Assembly (NCBI GenBank): GCA_900765095.1
Contig: CAAFRB010000098.1
Span: forward strand, 7,887-71,886
Direction: 5' to 3'
Source: Clostridia bacterium
GTDB lineage: Bacteria; Bacillota; Clostridia; TANB77; UBA1234
Length of the DNA: 64,000 nt
This document shows, one piece after another, positions 39,866 through 49,576 of this stretch. A program made the position numbers and the translations under genes. The notes under the pieces are model-generated. The model was given only the letters and a program-made list of their open reading frames with translations. It made no database searches and was not told the DNA's origin. Position 1 is the stretch's first letter, and each line of letters opens with the position of its first letter.

Positions 39866-41512
39866 ATGATTAAAGTAAAATGTAACAATCAAGAATATGA
39901 AGTTCAAAAAGGTAAAAAAGTGATAGACTTCCTAAAGGAAGATATGAAGATAGATGTAAGTCAAATTCTTGCATGCAGGATAGATAATGAAGTAAAGTCG
40001 CTTGATTATGCTATGGATGATGATTCTAATATAGCACTTATTGATTATACTTTTTCTGATGGAAGCAGAATATATGTTAGGGGACTAACATTTATATTGA
40101 CAAAGGCTTTTGAAGATTTGTATCCTGAAATAAGGATAACTGTTAATTATTCATTAGGTCACTCGGTATATTGTGAAACTGTTGATGGAACTCAACTATC
40201 TATAGAAATTGTTGAAAATGTAAAAAACAAAATGGAAGAAATAATAAAAGAGGATATTCCATTTGTTAAGAGTGAGTTGCCTGTTGAGGATGCCAAAAAG
40301 CTATATATACGAAATAATAGATTGGATAAAATAGGAATTATTGAAAACAGGATGAAATCACATGTTTCTTTGTATTCGTGTGGAAAGACTGTAAATTATT
40401 TTTATGGTGTAATGCCACTTTCTACGGGATACATGAAATATTTTGATTTGTTGCCTTATGAGAAAGGCGTATTACTTGTTTATCCAAGACGTTCTAATCC
40501 AACTGTTGTAGAACAAATAAAGGAAACGAAAAAGTTGTATGCTACTTTTGATGAGTATGAAAGATTACATAAAATTTTAGGCGTGCAAAATGTTACAGAG
40601 CTTAACAATTGGATAAAGAGTGGAAAAATTTCTGAACTTGTTAAGGTTTCAGAAGCATTACATGAGAAGAAGATTGCACAAATTGCCGATATGATTGCGG
40701 CAGATAAGAGAAAGAAACTTGTTTTGATTGCTGGTCCTTCATCTTCTGGTAAAACTACATTTGCACAAAGATTAAGTATACAATTGAGAGTTAACGGAAT
40801 CACTTCTGTTGCGTTGTCTATGGATAATTATTTCGTTGATAGAGCTAATACACCACGAGATGAGAATGGCAATTATGATTTTGAATGTTTGGAAGCTATT
40901 GATTTAAAATTGTTTAATGACCAATTAACAGCTCTTTTAAACGGTGAAGAAGTTAGTTTGCCAACTTTTGATTTTACAACGGGTTCAAGAAGATATGATG
41001 GAAATATTGCAAAGCTTGGAGAAAATCAAGTGTTGATAGTTGAAGGAATTCATGGATTAAATGAAAAACTTACTGAGGCTATTCCTAGGGAAAATAAGTT
41101 TAAGATCTATATCAGTGCTTTGACTGCATTAAATATAGATGATTACAACAGAATATCAACTGCTGATTCAAGGCTTATAAGAAGAATATTGAGAGATAGC
41201 TCTTTTAGAGGACATTCTCCTGTTTCGACACTTAGAATGTGGCCTTCTGTTAGAGAAGGCGAGGAAAAATATATATTCCCATATCAAGAAGATGCAGATG
41301 TAATGTTTAATTCATCATTGGTTTATGAGCCTGCTGTTATAAAACCTTTCTTAGAGCCAGTGCTTGCATTGGTGAATAGAAACGAACCAGAATATTCTGA
41401 AGCTAAGAGATTGTATGAATTCTTGGGATACTTCCTTCCAATAAATATAGATGAAGTTCCTATAAATTCAATATTAAGAGAGTTCCTTGGCGGCGGATGT
41501 TTTTATAGATAG
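39866..41512 (+). CDS. TGS-domain / uridine-kinase-family P-loop nucleoside kinase-like protein
   Basis: N-terminal TGS-like region (MIKVKCNNQEYEVQKGKKVIDFL), Walker A LIAGPSSSGKTTFAQRL, PRK/UDK-like C-terminal half. Confidence 0.7.
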   Translation: MIKVKCNNQEYEVQKGKKVIDFLKEDMKIDVSQILACRIDNEVKSLDYAMDDDSNIALIDYTFSDGSRIYVRGLTFILTKAFEDLYPEIRITVNYSLGHSVYCETVDGTQLSIEIVENVKNKMEEIIKEDIPFVKSELPVEDAKKLYIRNNRLDKIGIIENRMKSHVSLYSCGKTVNYFYGVMPLSTGYMKYFDLLPYEKGVLLVYPRRSNPTVVEQIKETKKLYATFDEYERLHKILGVQNVTELNNWIKSGKISELVKVSEALHEKKIAQIADMIAADKRKKLVLIAGPSSSGKTTFAQRLSIQLRVNGITSVALSMDNYFVDRANTPRDENGNYDFECLEAIDLKLFNDQLTALLNGEEVSLPTFDFTTGSRRYDGNIAKLGENQVLIVEGIHGLNEKLTEAIPRENKFKIYISALTALNIDDYNRISTADSRLIRRILRDSSFRGHSPVSTLRMWPSVREGEEKYIFPYQEDADVMFNSSLVYEPAVIKPFLEPVLALVNRNEPEYSEAKRLYEFLGYFLPINIDEVPINSILREFLGGGCFYR

Positions 41513-41525
41513 TAAGGAGTTAGTC

Positions 41526-41834
41526 ATGGGTAATTTTACTGTAATAGACGAAGAATTTGTTTGTGAGCATTGTGGCAAGAAAGTTGAAAAACTAAATTAT
41601 ACATGCAGAGATCATTGCCCACATTGTTTGTATGCTAAACATGTCGATATAAATCCTGGTGACAGATTAGAAGAATGTCACGGATTGCTTGAACCTATTG
41701 GTATTGAAAATAATTCTAAAAAGGGATATGTTATCATTTATAGATGTCAAAAATGTGGTAAGATTCGTAAGAATATCGCTGCGAAAGATGATGATATGAA
41801 TCTTATAATAAATTTGTCAGCTAATCCTATGTAA
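41526..41834 (+). CDS. RNHCP-domain protein
   Basis: CEHCGKK...CRDHCPHCLYAKH...CHGLLEP...YRCQKCGK pattern typical of RNHCP domain. Confidence 0.6.
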   Translation: MGNFTVIDEEFVCEHCGKKVEKLNYTCRDHCPHCLYAKHVDINPGDRLEECHGLLEPIGIENNSKKGYVIIYRCQKCGKIRKNIAAKDDDMNLIINLSANPM

Positions 41835-41904
41835 GCTTTATTAATTTTAATAGAATATTATTAAACTCTTCCTAATACTTATGTATCAAAGGAGGAGTTT
41901 TTTT

Positions 41905-42741
41905 ATGAAATCAAAATTTGTTTTTATAGTAATTATCTTAATTGTTTTAATAGTTATTTTTAACAATATATCTAGCAAAGAAAATAAGACTGAGTTTAAG
42001 CCACTAGAACTTGAGGTTGGAGATGAATTTACTGAGATAGATTATGGTGATAAGATGTTTGTGGTAAATTATGAAATTGATGATGTTACTGGTGATGGCG
42101 TTAAAGACATGATAATAATCATTGGAAATAAAAATGACGTAGCTGATACTATGGCGAATAATATTGATGTTGTTACTTATGATTCTGAAAATAAATCTTT
42201 TATTAAAGGCAATTTAAAGAAGTGTTCTTTGAATACGCCTAAACTATTTTTGAAGGATATGAATGGTGATGGGATAAATGATATAGTATTGATTGGAGAT
42301 AATGAAGATATGACAAAGACAGTTAAGGTACTAACAATTAAAGATGGTGAAAGTAAGGAAGTATTTAAGAATAAAGATAATAAAGGTTTATCATTTACAG
42401 GTGCTTTTCTTGATGGATTTAAAGCCCATATAGTGGCAAGAAAGATAAATTTTGAGAGAAATATAGAAATAAATGATAAAAGAGAAAACTATATTACGAG
42501 TGGGTTTTATGATGAAAGTGGCAGAGTGACTGCAAGTAAAAATAATATTACGACATCTGGCTTTGTGAGTGTAGAGTTTGTTGAACTTAACGATGCTTAT
42601 GGATTGAAAACGACGCAGAGAATTAAAGGCTTTGATAATCTTGATATATTAGACCAGGTTGAAGTTATTTGGAAATATGAAAATGGCAGTTGGAATATAA
42701 AAGAGGCAAAAGGCGAAAAATTGGGTAATTTGCTTTATTAA
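41905..42741 (+). CDS. Membrane-anchored protein with FG-GAP/VCBS-like Asp-rich repeats
   Basis: N-terminal TM anchor; DVTGDGVKDMIII and DMNGDGINDIVLIGDN calcium-binding-like repeats. Confidence 0.5.
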   Translation: MKSKFVFIVIILIVLIVIFNNISSKENKTEFKPLELEVGDEFTEIDYGDKMFVVNYEIDDVTGDGVKDMIIIIGNKNDVADTMANNIDVVTYDSENKSFIKGNLKKCSLNTPKLFLKDMNGDGINDIVLIGDNEDMTKTVKVLTIKDGESKEVFKNKDNKGLSFTGAFLDGFKAHIVARKINFERNIEINDKRENYITSGFYDESGRVTASKNNITTSGFVSVEFVELNDAYGLKTTQRIKGFDNLDILDQVEVIWKYENGSWNIKEAKGEKLGNLLY

Positions 42742-42814
42742 TTTTCAGTAACACTATTGGGGCGTATTGCATAAAATAAAGTATCGAAGTTAAAGCAAAG
42801 GGAGGTATAAATTA

Positions 42815-42910
42815 ATGGGTGATTGCAATAATTCAATGGCAGAGAATAGTTGTTGCAGTAGCAGATTCTTATTTTTTGTTTTGATATTTTTAATAATACT
42901 TAGAGGCTAA
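42815..42910 (+). CDS. 31-aa Cys-rich small ORF with C-terminal hydrophobic segment (MGDCNNSMAENSCCSSRFLFFVLIFLIILRG)
   Basis: gggagg RBS 8 nt upstream; not in ORF track; followed by bidirectional terminator; convergent with HPK10 kinase. Confidence 0.35.
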   Translation: MGDCNNSMAENSCCSSRFLFFVLIFLIILRG

Positions 42911-42942
42911 ATTAAAAAAGTACAAATAGCTTGAAAAATTTA

Positions 42943-43043
42943 GTGAGAAATAAAAAGCACCACTTCAAAATCTGATTTGATATGTATAGTCTTTTAAGAA
43001 TACATGTCATCTTAAATTTTGAAGTGGTGTCTTTTATTTTTTC
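42943..43043. terminator. Bidirectional terminator: 14-bp perfect stem caccacttcaaaat...attttgaagtggtg with internal sub-hairpin, flanked by A-run and T-run
   Basis: perfect 14-bp inverted repeat 42958-42971 / 43016-43029; tcttttattttttc downstream, aaaaagc upstream. Confidence 0.5.
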
Positions 43044-43705
43044 TTCATCACAAGTGCTTGTGAAAAGTAATCTTCGTCCTTGCTTGTATGTATTTTTACA
43101 TTTGGATAGCGTTTGATTATTTGTTTTACTTCCCATAGCCCAAGTCCAGATTTTATTTTCTTGGTGGAAAATCCTTTTTTGAAAATAGATTTAATATCTA
43201 TTTCTTTATCTAGATAAGAATTTTGAATAGTTGCAATCTGATTTCCATTTTTAGCATTTCTAATTTCCACGAAAATATCTTTCTCTTCTGTTATTTTTGA
43301 TGCGTCTATCGCATTATCTAATAATATTCCTATTATTTTTGAGAATTCATATATATCCATATTTAGTTCCTGATAATTAATATTAGAGAAGAAATTAAAC
43401 TTCACACCATTATTAACAGCTAATCTGTATTTAGAAGAGATTAAGCCTAATACAGAAGGTTCGTTAATGGTGTTCATATTGATGCTTTGAAGTTGATTAA
43501 CATCATTTATTTCGCACATAATTGATTTGACAAACTTTTTTAGTCCGCTCATATCATCCAAGGCAACGTAGCCACTAATAGAAGCTATAATATTACAATA
43601 GTCGTGCTTGAATACTCTAAGTTTGTCTACTAATTCTTTTAAATTTTCATTTTCCTCTCTTAATTTGACCGTTTCAATATCATCTACTAAATTATGCATA
43701 TACAT
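43034..43705 (-). CDS. Soluble GHKL histidine-kinase domain protein of the HPK10 (AgrC/ComD-like) type, lacking a membrane sensor
   Basis: H-box FKHDYCNIIASI, N-box LLDNAIDAS, G-box GLGLWEVKQI; 223 aa, no TM segments; strong promoter TTGACA-17-TATTAT on minus strand at 43780-43752. Confidence 0.7.
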   Translation of the reverse strand: MYMHNLVDDIETVKLREENENLKELVDKLRVFKHDYCNIIASISGYVALDDMSGLKKFVKSIMCEINDVNQLQSINMNTINEPSVLGLISSKYRLAVNNGVKFNFFSNINYQELNMDIYEFSKIIGILLDNAIDASKITEEKDIFVEIRNAKNGNQIATIQNSYLDKEIDIKSIFKKGFSTKKIKSGLGLWEVKQIIKRYPNVKIHTSKDEDYFSQALVMKKK

Positions 43706-43751
43706 GAATCTCCTTCGAAAATATTCGGAATATTAAGAGCCTGACTCCGAT

Positions 43752-43780
43752 ATAATATATTGATTGGAAAAGAATGTCAA
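43752..43780 (-). promoter_or_regulatory. Sigma-A promoter (TTGACA-17-TATTAT) for the kinase gene
   Basis: minus-strand TTGACA = plus 43775-43780, 17-nt spacer, TATTAT = plus 43752-43757. Confidence 0.45.
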
Positions 43781-43868
43781 TGGATTTTGAATAAAATATG
43801 AATTTTTTGTTTATTGTTTATCTATAGATAATTAAATGATAGAATATGTGTGGAGGGAGGTTTTAAAT

Positions 43869-44846
43869 ATGGATAAAAAATTTTTAATGATAGGTGTGCT
43901 TATATTATTTGCTTTAGTTCTTTGTTCTTGTAAGGCTGATACTAATGGCTTGCTTGATGAAAATGGTGATAGTGGTAATAAGACTATTTTTGATATTAAA
44001 GAGGAAAATAATAAGCAAGATGAATGTGATGATTCTACGCAATCGGATGAAACTATTTCTAAAAGCGATAACTTGAAAACTAGTGGTGATAGTGAACTTG
44101 TTGAAAGTGGTGAGCTAGAAATCGACGTTGTTCCTGTGAATTCTAGTAGCTTGTCAAATACAACATGTGCGTGGGGATTTAGGAGAATGAAAGATGAGGT
44201 TCAGCCGGAATTTTCAGCTTCATATACAAAACCACTAGATGAATATGGTGGTATATATGTAGGAAATAAAGATTCGAGAGTTATATATTTGACTTTTGAT
44301 GAGGGGTATGAAAATGGCTATACATCTACGATTTTAGACACTCTTAAAGAAAAGGATGTTGAAGCGGTTTTCTTTGTTACCATGCCTTATGTAAAGCAGA
44401 ATCCTGATTTGGTTAGAAGAATGATTGATGAGGGCCATATTGTTGGAAATCATACTGTTAATCATCCTAGTATGCCTTCTGTATCTGATGATGAAAAATT
44501 AAAGAAAGAAGTAACTGTTTTACATGATTATGTTTTAGAAAATTTTGATTATGAAATGAAATACATAAGACCTCCGAAGGGCGAATATAGTGAGAGAACT
44601 GTTAAGTTATGTAAAGATATTGGATATACTCATGTTTTATGGAGTTTTGCTTATGATGATTGGGATGTTAAAAAACAAGATCGATTAGATTATGCACGAA
44701 AGATGATTTACAACAATCTGCATAATGGTTGTGTAATGCTACTGCATGCTGTTTCAAAAGATAATGATGCACTACTTGGTGAGTTTATAGATACTGCACG
44801 TGATAGAGGTTTTGAATTTTGTTCGTTGAATGATTTTGAATATTGA
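43869..44846 (+). CDS. Polysaccharide deacetylase (NodB-homology), PdaA-like lipoprotein
   Basis: lipobox LVLCSC; IYLTFDEGYENGYT...FFV..., HIVGNHTVNHP NodB motifs. Confidence 0.75.
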   Translation: MDKKFLMIGVLILFALVLCSCKADTNGLLDENGDSGNKTIFDIKEENNKQDECDDSTQSDETISKSDNLKTSGDSELVESGELEIDVVPVNSSSLSNTTCAWGFRRMKDEVQPEFSASYTKPLDEYGGIYVGNKDSRVIYLTFDEGYENGYTSTILDTLKEKDVEAVFFVTMPYVKQNPDLVRRMIDEGHIVGNHTVNHPSMPSVSDDEKLKKEVTVLHDYVLENFDYEMKYIRPPKGEYSERTVKLCKDIGYTHVLWSFAYDDWDVKKQDRLDYARKMIYNNLHNGCVMLLHAVSKDNDALLGEFIDTARDRGFEFCSLNDFEY

Positions 44847-44864
44847 TTTTGAAAGGTGAGTTTT

Positions 44865-45125
44865 ATGGGGAAAAATGGTTTTCGTGAAAAGTTGGAAAAG
44901 GCTTTGGAAATGCCAATTGAACTTTTGAATAACTATCCCAGAATAACAGTACTTGGAAAAGATAGCATTTTTATAGAAAATTATAAAGCAATAACAGAAT
45001 ATGAAGAAAATTTAATTAGAATAAGTAATAATGTATCAATATATGGCAAGAAATTAAACGTGGAAGAAATCACAGCAGATGATATGCTAATTTCTGGTGA
45101 GGTTAAGACAATTGAATTTGAATAG
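44865..45125 (+). CDS. yqfC: Sporulation protein YqfC (YabP/YqfC family)
   Basis: 86-aa YabP-family fold; directly upstream of yqfD. Confidence 0.75.
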   Translation: MGKNGFREKLEKALEMPIELLNNYPRITVLGKDSIFIENYKAITEYEENLIRISNNVSIYGKKLNVEEITADDMLISGEVKTIEFE

Positions 45126-45142
45126 GTTGGGAGGGACCACGT

Positions 45143-46321
45143 TTGTTTCTTCGAAGTACATATAATTACGCTATTGGATATGCGAATATACAGGTTGAAG
45201 GATATTTTGTAGAGAGATTTATAAATCTTTGTATGAATAGAAATATTGAAATTTGGGATATTAATAAGTTGTATGATGGAGTTATTACGTTAAAAATTAA
45301 AAATAGTGATTTGCCACGAGTTGACGAGCTTGCTGACATAACTAAGTCAAAAGTAACTGTAATTAAGGAGTCTGGTGTACCTTACATAGCTAAAAAGTAT
45401 ACTAAACGTAAGATTTTTATGTTGTTATTTTTAATGGCAGCCGTGTTTATATATTTGGCTAGTTTAAGAATTTGGAAAATAGATATAATAGGTGACTTTT
45501 CTATACCAATCGAACAAGTAGAGCAAATGTTGCTGGCTGAAAATGTTTATGTTGGAATGAAGAAAAAAGACCTTGATTTTGACAAGGTGAAAAATGAGAT
45601 ATATTTAAAAAGAGATGATATATTATGGATTGGCTTCACCATAAAAGGCACAAGAGCAACCGTTGAGATTTTGGAGAGAACAAAAAAAGATGATAATGCG
45701 TCTGATAATGTGCCATGTAATATAGTGGCGGATAAGGATGGCGTTGTGGAAAAGATTTCTGTTAGAGAAGGCACTAGAGTTGTTCAAAAGGGAGATGTTG
45801 TGTTTAAGGGAGACATTCTTGTAAGTGGTGTAGTTGAGAGCGAACATTCTGAAACTAAGTATGTACATTCGAATGCAGATATACTTTTAAAGACTTGGTA
45901 TATAGGCAAGCAGAGTTTGCCATTAGAAAAGACGATTGTCTCAAAAACGGGAAACGTTGAGAAAAAACACAAAATAAAATTAGGAAATTATACAATAAAT
46001 TTAACAAATACTAGTACAAATTTTGAAAAATATGATACAATAACAAATGTAAAAAAGCTTATCTTGTTTGATAGATTTGAGTTACCTATAGAGTCACAAA
46101 CAACGGTGTTTGAAGAATATACTACTGATGAAATTAAGTATACTAAGGAGCAAGCTTTAGAGATTGCAAAGTCTGAAGCAAAGGCGATAGCAGATAGTAA
46201 TGTTCCGAGTGATGCGGAGATAATAAATAGTGATTACAAGTTTTTTTACACAGAGAATGAAGTACAAGTAAGAGTTACAAATGAGTGTTTGGAGAGAGCA
46301 GGAACGAAAGAGAATTTATAA
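45143..46321 (+). CDS. yqfD: Sporulation protein YqfD (stage IV sporulation)
   Basis: 392 aa, central TM segment, YqfD-family; TTG start after ggttgggaggga. Confidence 0.75.
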   Translation: MFLRSTYNYAIGYANIQVEGYFVERFINLCMNRNIEIWDINKLYDGVITLKIKNSDLPRVDELADITKSKVTVIKESGVPYIAKKYTKRKIFMLLFLMAAVFIYLASLRIWKIDIIGDFSIPIEQVEQMLLAENVYVGMKKKDLDFDKVKNEIYLKRDDILWIGFTIKGTRATVEILERTKKDDNASDNVPCNIVADKDGVVEKISVREGTRVVQKGDVVFKGDILVSGVVESEHSETKYVHSNADILLKTWYIGKQSLPLEKTIVSKTGNVEKKHKIKLGNYTINLTNTSTNFEKYDTITNVKKLILFDRFELPIESQTTVFEEYTTDEIKYTKEQALEIAKSEAKAIADSNVPSDAEIINSDYKFFYTENEVQVRVTNECLERAGTKENL

Positions 46322-46339
46322 AAGCAATGGAGGGATAAT

Positions 46340-47548
46340 ATGCCAGAGTTACAATTAAAAGTTGTTAAAAATACAGGTGATGGAATTTGGGGTAAGGCCT
46401 TAAATAATCTTAATAAAGTATTGTATTCGTCTGGTGGCGGGCTATTTAATTTAGTAATTAGTTCAAAAAGAAATGCACTACTTAGAGCAAGTAGTAATTA
46501 TGAGGGATTAACTAGTATTGCTAAAGAATCAAAAAGAAATGCTGTTACAGAAAAATACGAAAAGGCTTATGATAATTATCTTAATGTTTTAGAAAGATAC
46601 ATAAAAGAAAATATATATACTCGTGCGCAAAAAAGGGTTAGCACGATAAAAGAAAATAAAATTTTGTCCGAATATTATGAAGTTAATGCTTTAAAGGGTA
46701 CAGAGTATTGCGAGTATAAGTACAGAAGGCAAATGATGTTGTTGGCAATGGATTTTGAAAACATATTGGCTACAAAATCTGGATATTTTCTAGAGAAATA
46801 CGAAAAGTTTTATGTTAGTGTTATAGAGCAATTGTACAAAGGCACAATGCGTCATTATTCTATTAAACTTACAAACAAAAATGAAGATAAAGATTCTGTT
46901 TTTGGCAAAATATATAATCTTATAGAAGGGTATATAAATTCAGTTTTACCTTATGTTGAGCAAACTGAAGATGTGAAGAGATACATTGATACATATAAAA
47001 ATTATGTGGCAACTATTGATTTATATGCTAAGAAGGAGATTAGCGCTTTAAAGAGAGAATTATATTTGCTTGAACTTGGAATAAACATATTCTCGTATTG
47101 CTTGCCTTTGCTTGCTGCTGAAGAATGCTATTTGAATATTATTTCAAAGGTTAGAAATGTTATACCAAACACATATATAACAGCTGACAAGTTTGAGGCC
47201 TATGAGTTGTTGTTAGATGCAATTGAAAGTTATTATTATAATGTTTTGGCGAAGAAGACGACATGGGATGATGGTGCTAAGAAGCAAGAATTCTTAGATG
47301 TTTGGGACAAGCTTATGGAATATAAAAAGCTTGAGAAAATGGATTTATATGAATATAAGCGTTTAAGAGAAGTGCTTTTCGTTACAAATGATATAAAATA
47401 TTTGAAAAAGGAAAATATACCAGCAAAAGAGTTACTTGCTTATTACAGAGAAAGGATGAAACAACAAGGCGGACTTAGAAAGTTTAAAAATTCTGTAAAG
47501 AAAGTAGAAGGCAAGTGGAGAACAAGGAGAAGATGCGAAGCGTCTTAA
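46340..47548 (+). CDS. Hypothetical Tyr/Lys/Glu-rich protein (402 aa) at the position phoH occupies in the yqfC-yqfD-phoH-yqfF-ybeY-dgkA-cdd-era-recO gene order of B. subtilis (phoH, yqfF and dgkA not detected in this window)
   Basis: good RBS ggaggg; no family recognised; basic C-terminus. Confidence 0.5.
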   Translation: MPELQLKVVKNTGDGIWGKALNNLNKVLYSSGGGLFNLVISSKRNALLRASSNYEGLTSIAKESKRNAVTEKYEKAYDNYLNVLERYIKENIYTRAQKRVSTIKENKILSEYYEVNALKGTEYCEYKYRRQMMLLAMDFENILATKSGYFLEKYEKFYVSVIEQLYKGTMRHYSIKLTNKNEDKDSVFGKIYNLIEGYINSVLPYVEQTEDVKRYIDTYKNYVATIDLYAKKEISALKRELYLLELGINIFSYCLPLLAAEECYLNIISKVRNVIPNTYITADKFEAYELLLDAIESYYYNVLAKKTTWDDGAKKQEFLDVWDKLMEYKKLEKMDLYEYKRLREVLFVTNDIKYLKKENIPAKELLAYYRERMKQQGGLRKFKNSVKKVEGKWRTRRRCEAS

Positions 47549-47562
47549 GGAGTGTTAATTAT

Positions 47563-48024
47563 ATGATAGAAGTTTTTTACGATGGGATTGATAATTTAAA
47601 AGAAGAAGAATTAATAAGAAAGGTAATTGAGTGCGTACTTAAAGAAGAAGGAATAAAGAAAAATCTTGATGTTTATGTTACTTTAACGAATAATGAAACG
47701 ATTAGAAAAGTTAATGCTGAGCAAAGGAACATAGATAGGGCGACGGATGTGCTTTCGTTTCCTATGTTTGATAGAAGTGAAATCCCTAATTTGAAAAAAG
47801 AGGACAAGACTGAAGATATTCTTGGAGATATTATTGTTTCAATTGAAAAGGTTAAAGAACAAGCAGAAGAATATGGTCATTCATTCGAAAGAGAGCTTGC
47901 ATATTTAGTTACTCATGGAATGTTACATTTGCTTGGATATGATCATATCATTGATGAAGAAAAAGCTGTTATGAGAAAGAGAGAGGAAGAAATCTTGGGG
48001 ATCTTAAATATTACAAGAGAGTAA
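47563..48024 (+). CDS. ybeY: rRNA maturation endoribonuclease YbeY
   Basis: HGMLHLLGYDH zinc-binding motif. Confidence 0.85.
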   Translation: MIEVFYDGIDNLKEEELIRKVIECVLKEEGIKKNLDVYVTLTNNETIRKVNAEQRNIDRATDVLSFPMFDRSEIPNLKKEDKTEDILGDIIVSIEKVKEQAEEYGHSFERELAYLVTHGMLHLLGYDHIIDEEKAVMRKREEEILGILNITRE

Positions 48025-48046
48025 TTTATGTATTGGAGGGAGTAAT

Positions 48047-49123
48047 TTGGATAAAAAAGCTTTGACTAGGGTTGCTGTTGTGTTTATTTTTGTTGTTGCA
48101 ATATGTTTGGGAGTTGTATTTGGCGTGATAAATGCCAAGAAAAATGCGATAACGAATGATGTAAAAATTGAAAGCGGCGATAAAAGTGGTGATTTGGTAA
48201 GCGGAGATAAGGTTGAGAGTGGAGAAAAAGAAGAAGAAGTTTATCTTGGACCAAATATTTTTTCCGGTGATTCAAGACCTATAGCTGTGATGATAGACAA
48301 TGAAAAACCAGCGTGGCAAAATCATGGCGGACTAAATAGTGCGTATATGCTTTATGAATTTATAATTGAGGGTGGAGAGTCTAGAATAATGGCATTTTTC
48401 AAGAATGTTTCTCCAAGTTATATTGGACCTGTTAGAAGTGCAAGACATTATTTTCTAGATTACGCTATGGAACATGATGCTATATTTGTTCATTTTGGTT
48501 GGAGTCCATTAGCACAATCTAATATTAAAACGCTAGGAATAAATAATATAAATGGAATATATGACACTTTCTTTTGGAGAGTTGCACCAAAAGGTTCGTA
48601 TCACAATGCTGTTACTAGTATGGAAAATATAAAGAAGTTTATTACAAGCAAGAAATATCGTGCTACATCAGACAAAGATTGTATAATAAAATACAATAGA
48701 TATGATACAGACATAAGTTCTGGAGATGTTGCTAATACTATTGATATAAAGTATTCAAATTTACAGAATATAACTTACAAATATGATAGTGGCGACAAAG
48801 TATATTATAGAAGCATGAGAGGACAAGCTCATAAAGATTCACAAACTGGTGAACAATTTTATGCAAAAAATATTGTTATGATATTTGTAAAAGATGAGCT
48901 ATTGAATGATCCAGAAAATAAAGGAAGAAGAAACTTGTATAATATAGGAACAGGCGATGGCTTCTACGTAACAGATGGAAAGATTGAAAAAATTACTTGG
49001 AGCAAATCAGCAAGAGATGCAAAAACGGTATATAAAGATGCCACTGGAAAAGAAGTTACATTTAATGATGGTATAACATGGGTACAAATCATTCCGATAA
49101 CTGGAAGTGTTAAATACGAATAA
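48047..49123 (+). CDS. Membrane-anchored/secreted hypothetical protein (possibly DUF3048-like)
   Basis: TTG start after ggaggga; N-terminal signal anchor; 358 aa. Confidence 0.4.
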   Translation: MDKKALTRVAVVFIFVVAICLGVVFGVINAKKNAITNDVKIESGDKSGDLVSGDKVESGEKEEEVYLGPNIFSGDSRPIAVMIDNEKPAWQNHGGLNSAYMLYEFIIEGGESRIMAFFKNVSPSYIGPVRSARHYFLDYAMEHDAIFVHFGWSPLAQSNIKTLGINNINGIYDTFFWRVAPKGSYHNAVTSMENIKKFITSKKYRATSDKDCIIKYNRYDTDISSGDVANTIDIKYSNLQNITYKYDSGDKVYYRSMRGQAHKDSQTGEQFYAKNIVMIFVKDELLNDPENKGRRNLYNIGTGDGFYVTDGKIEKITWSKSARDAKTVYKDATGKEVTFNDGITWVQIIPITGSVKYE

Positions 49124-49146
49124 ACATTTACTAGAAGGAGAATAGG

Positions 49147-49545
49147 ATGACAAATCAAGATTTGATAAATAAAGCTATAGAAGCTAAGAAAAACGCAATG
49201 TCGCCAACTGGTTATCATGTTGGTGCGGCGTTACTAACTTCAAATAATAAAGTGTATACGGGTTGTAACCTTGGAAGTGAAGATGGCATATTTAATATAT
49301 GTGCCGAAAGAGTTGCAATTTGTAAAATGCTTTCAGAAGGAGAAAAAAAGTTTAATAAAATAGCTGTTGTGGGGGGAGTTGGCGAAGAGTTGACTTTTAC
49401 TACACCATGTGGCGTTTGCAGACAGCTAATTTCGGAATTTGGAAGCGATATTGAAGTTATATTAGGATATAAAAATGATAAAGGAGAACTTGTAGAAAAA
49501 GTGCAAAAAATAAGCGAACTTTTACCAGGTAGTTTTTCTATGTAA
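49147..49545 (+). CDS. cdd: Cytidine deaminase
   Basis: CAERVAI and PCGVCRQ zinc motifs. Confidence 0.85.
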   Translation: MTNQDLINKAIEAKKNAMSPTGYHVGAALLTSNNKVYTGCNLGSEDGIFNICAERVAICKMLSEGEKKFNKIAVVGGVGEELTFTTPCGVCRQLISEFGSDIEVILGYKNDKGELVEKVQKISELLPGSFSM

Positions 49546-49576
49546 GTAAGGAACGAGTATAATAAGGAGGATAAAA

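Noticed and set aside
42815-42910. Small Cys-rich ORF as an AgrD-like autoinducing peptide precursor
   Set aside because: The layout is reversed relative to AgrD, with a hydrophilic Cys-rich N-terminus and a hydrophobic C-terminus. There is also no agrB nearby. It is kept only as an unclassified small ORF.
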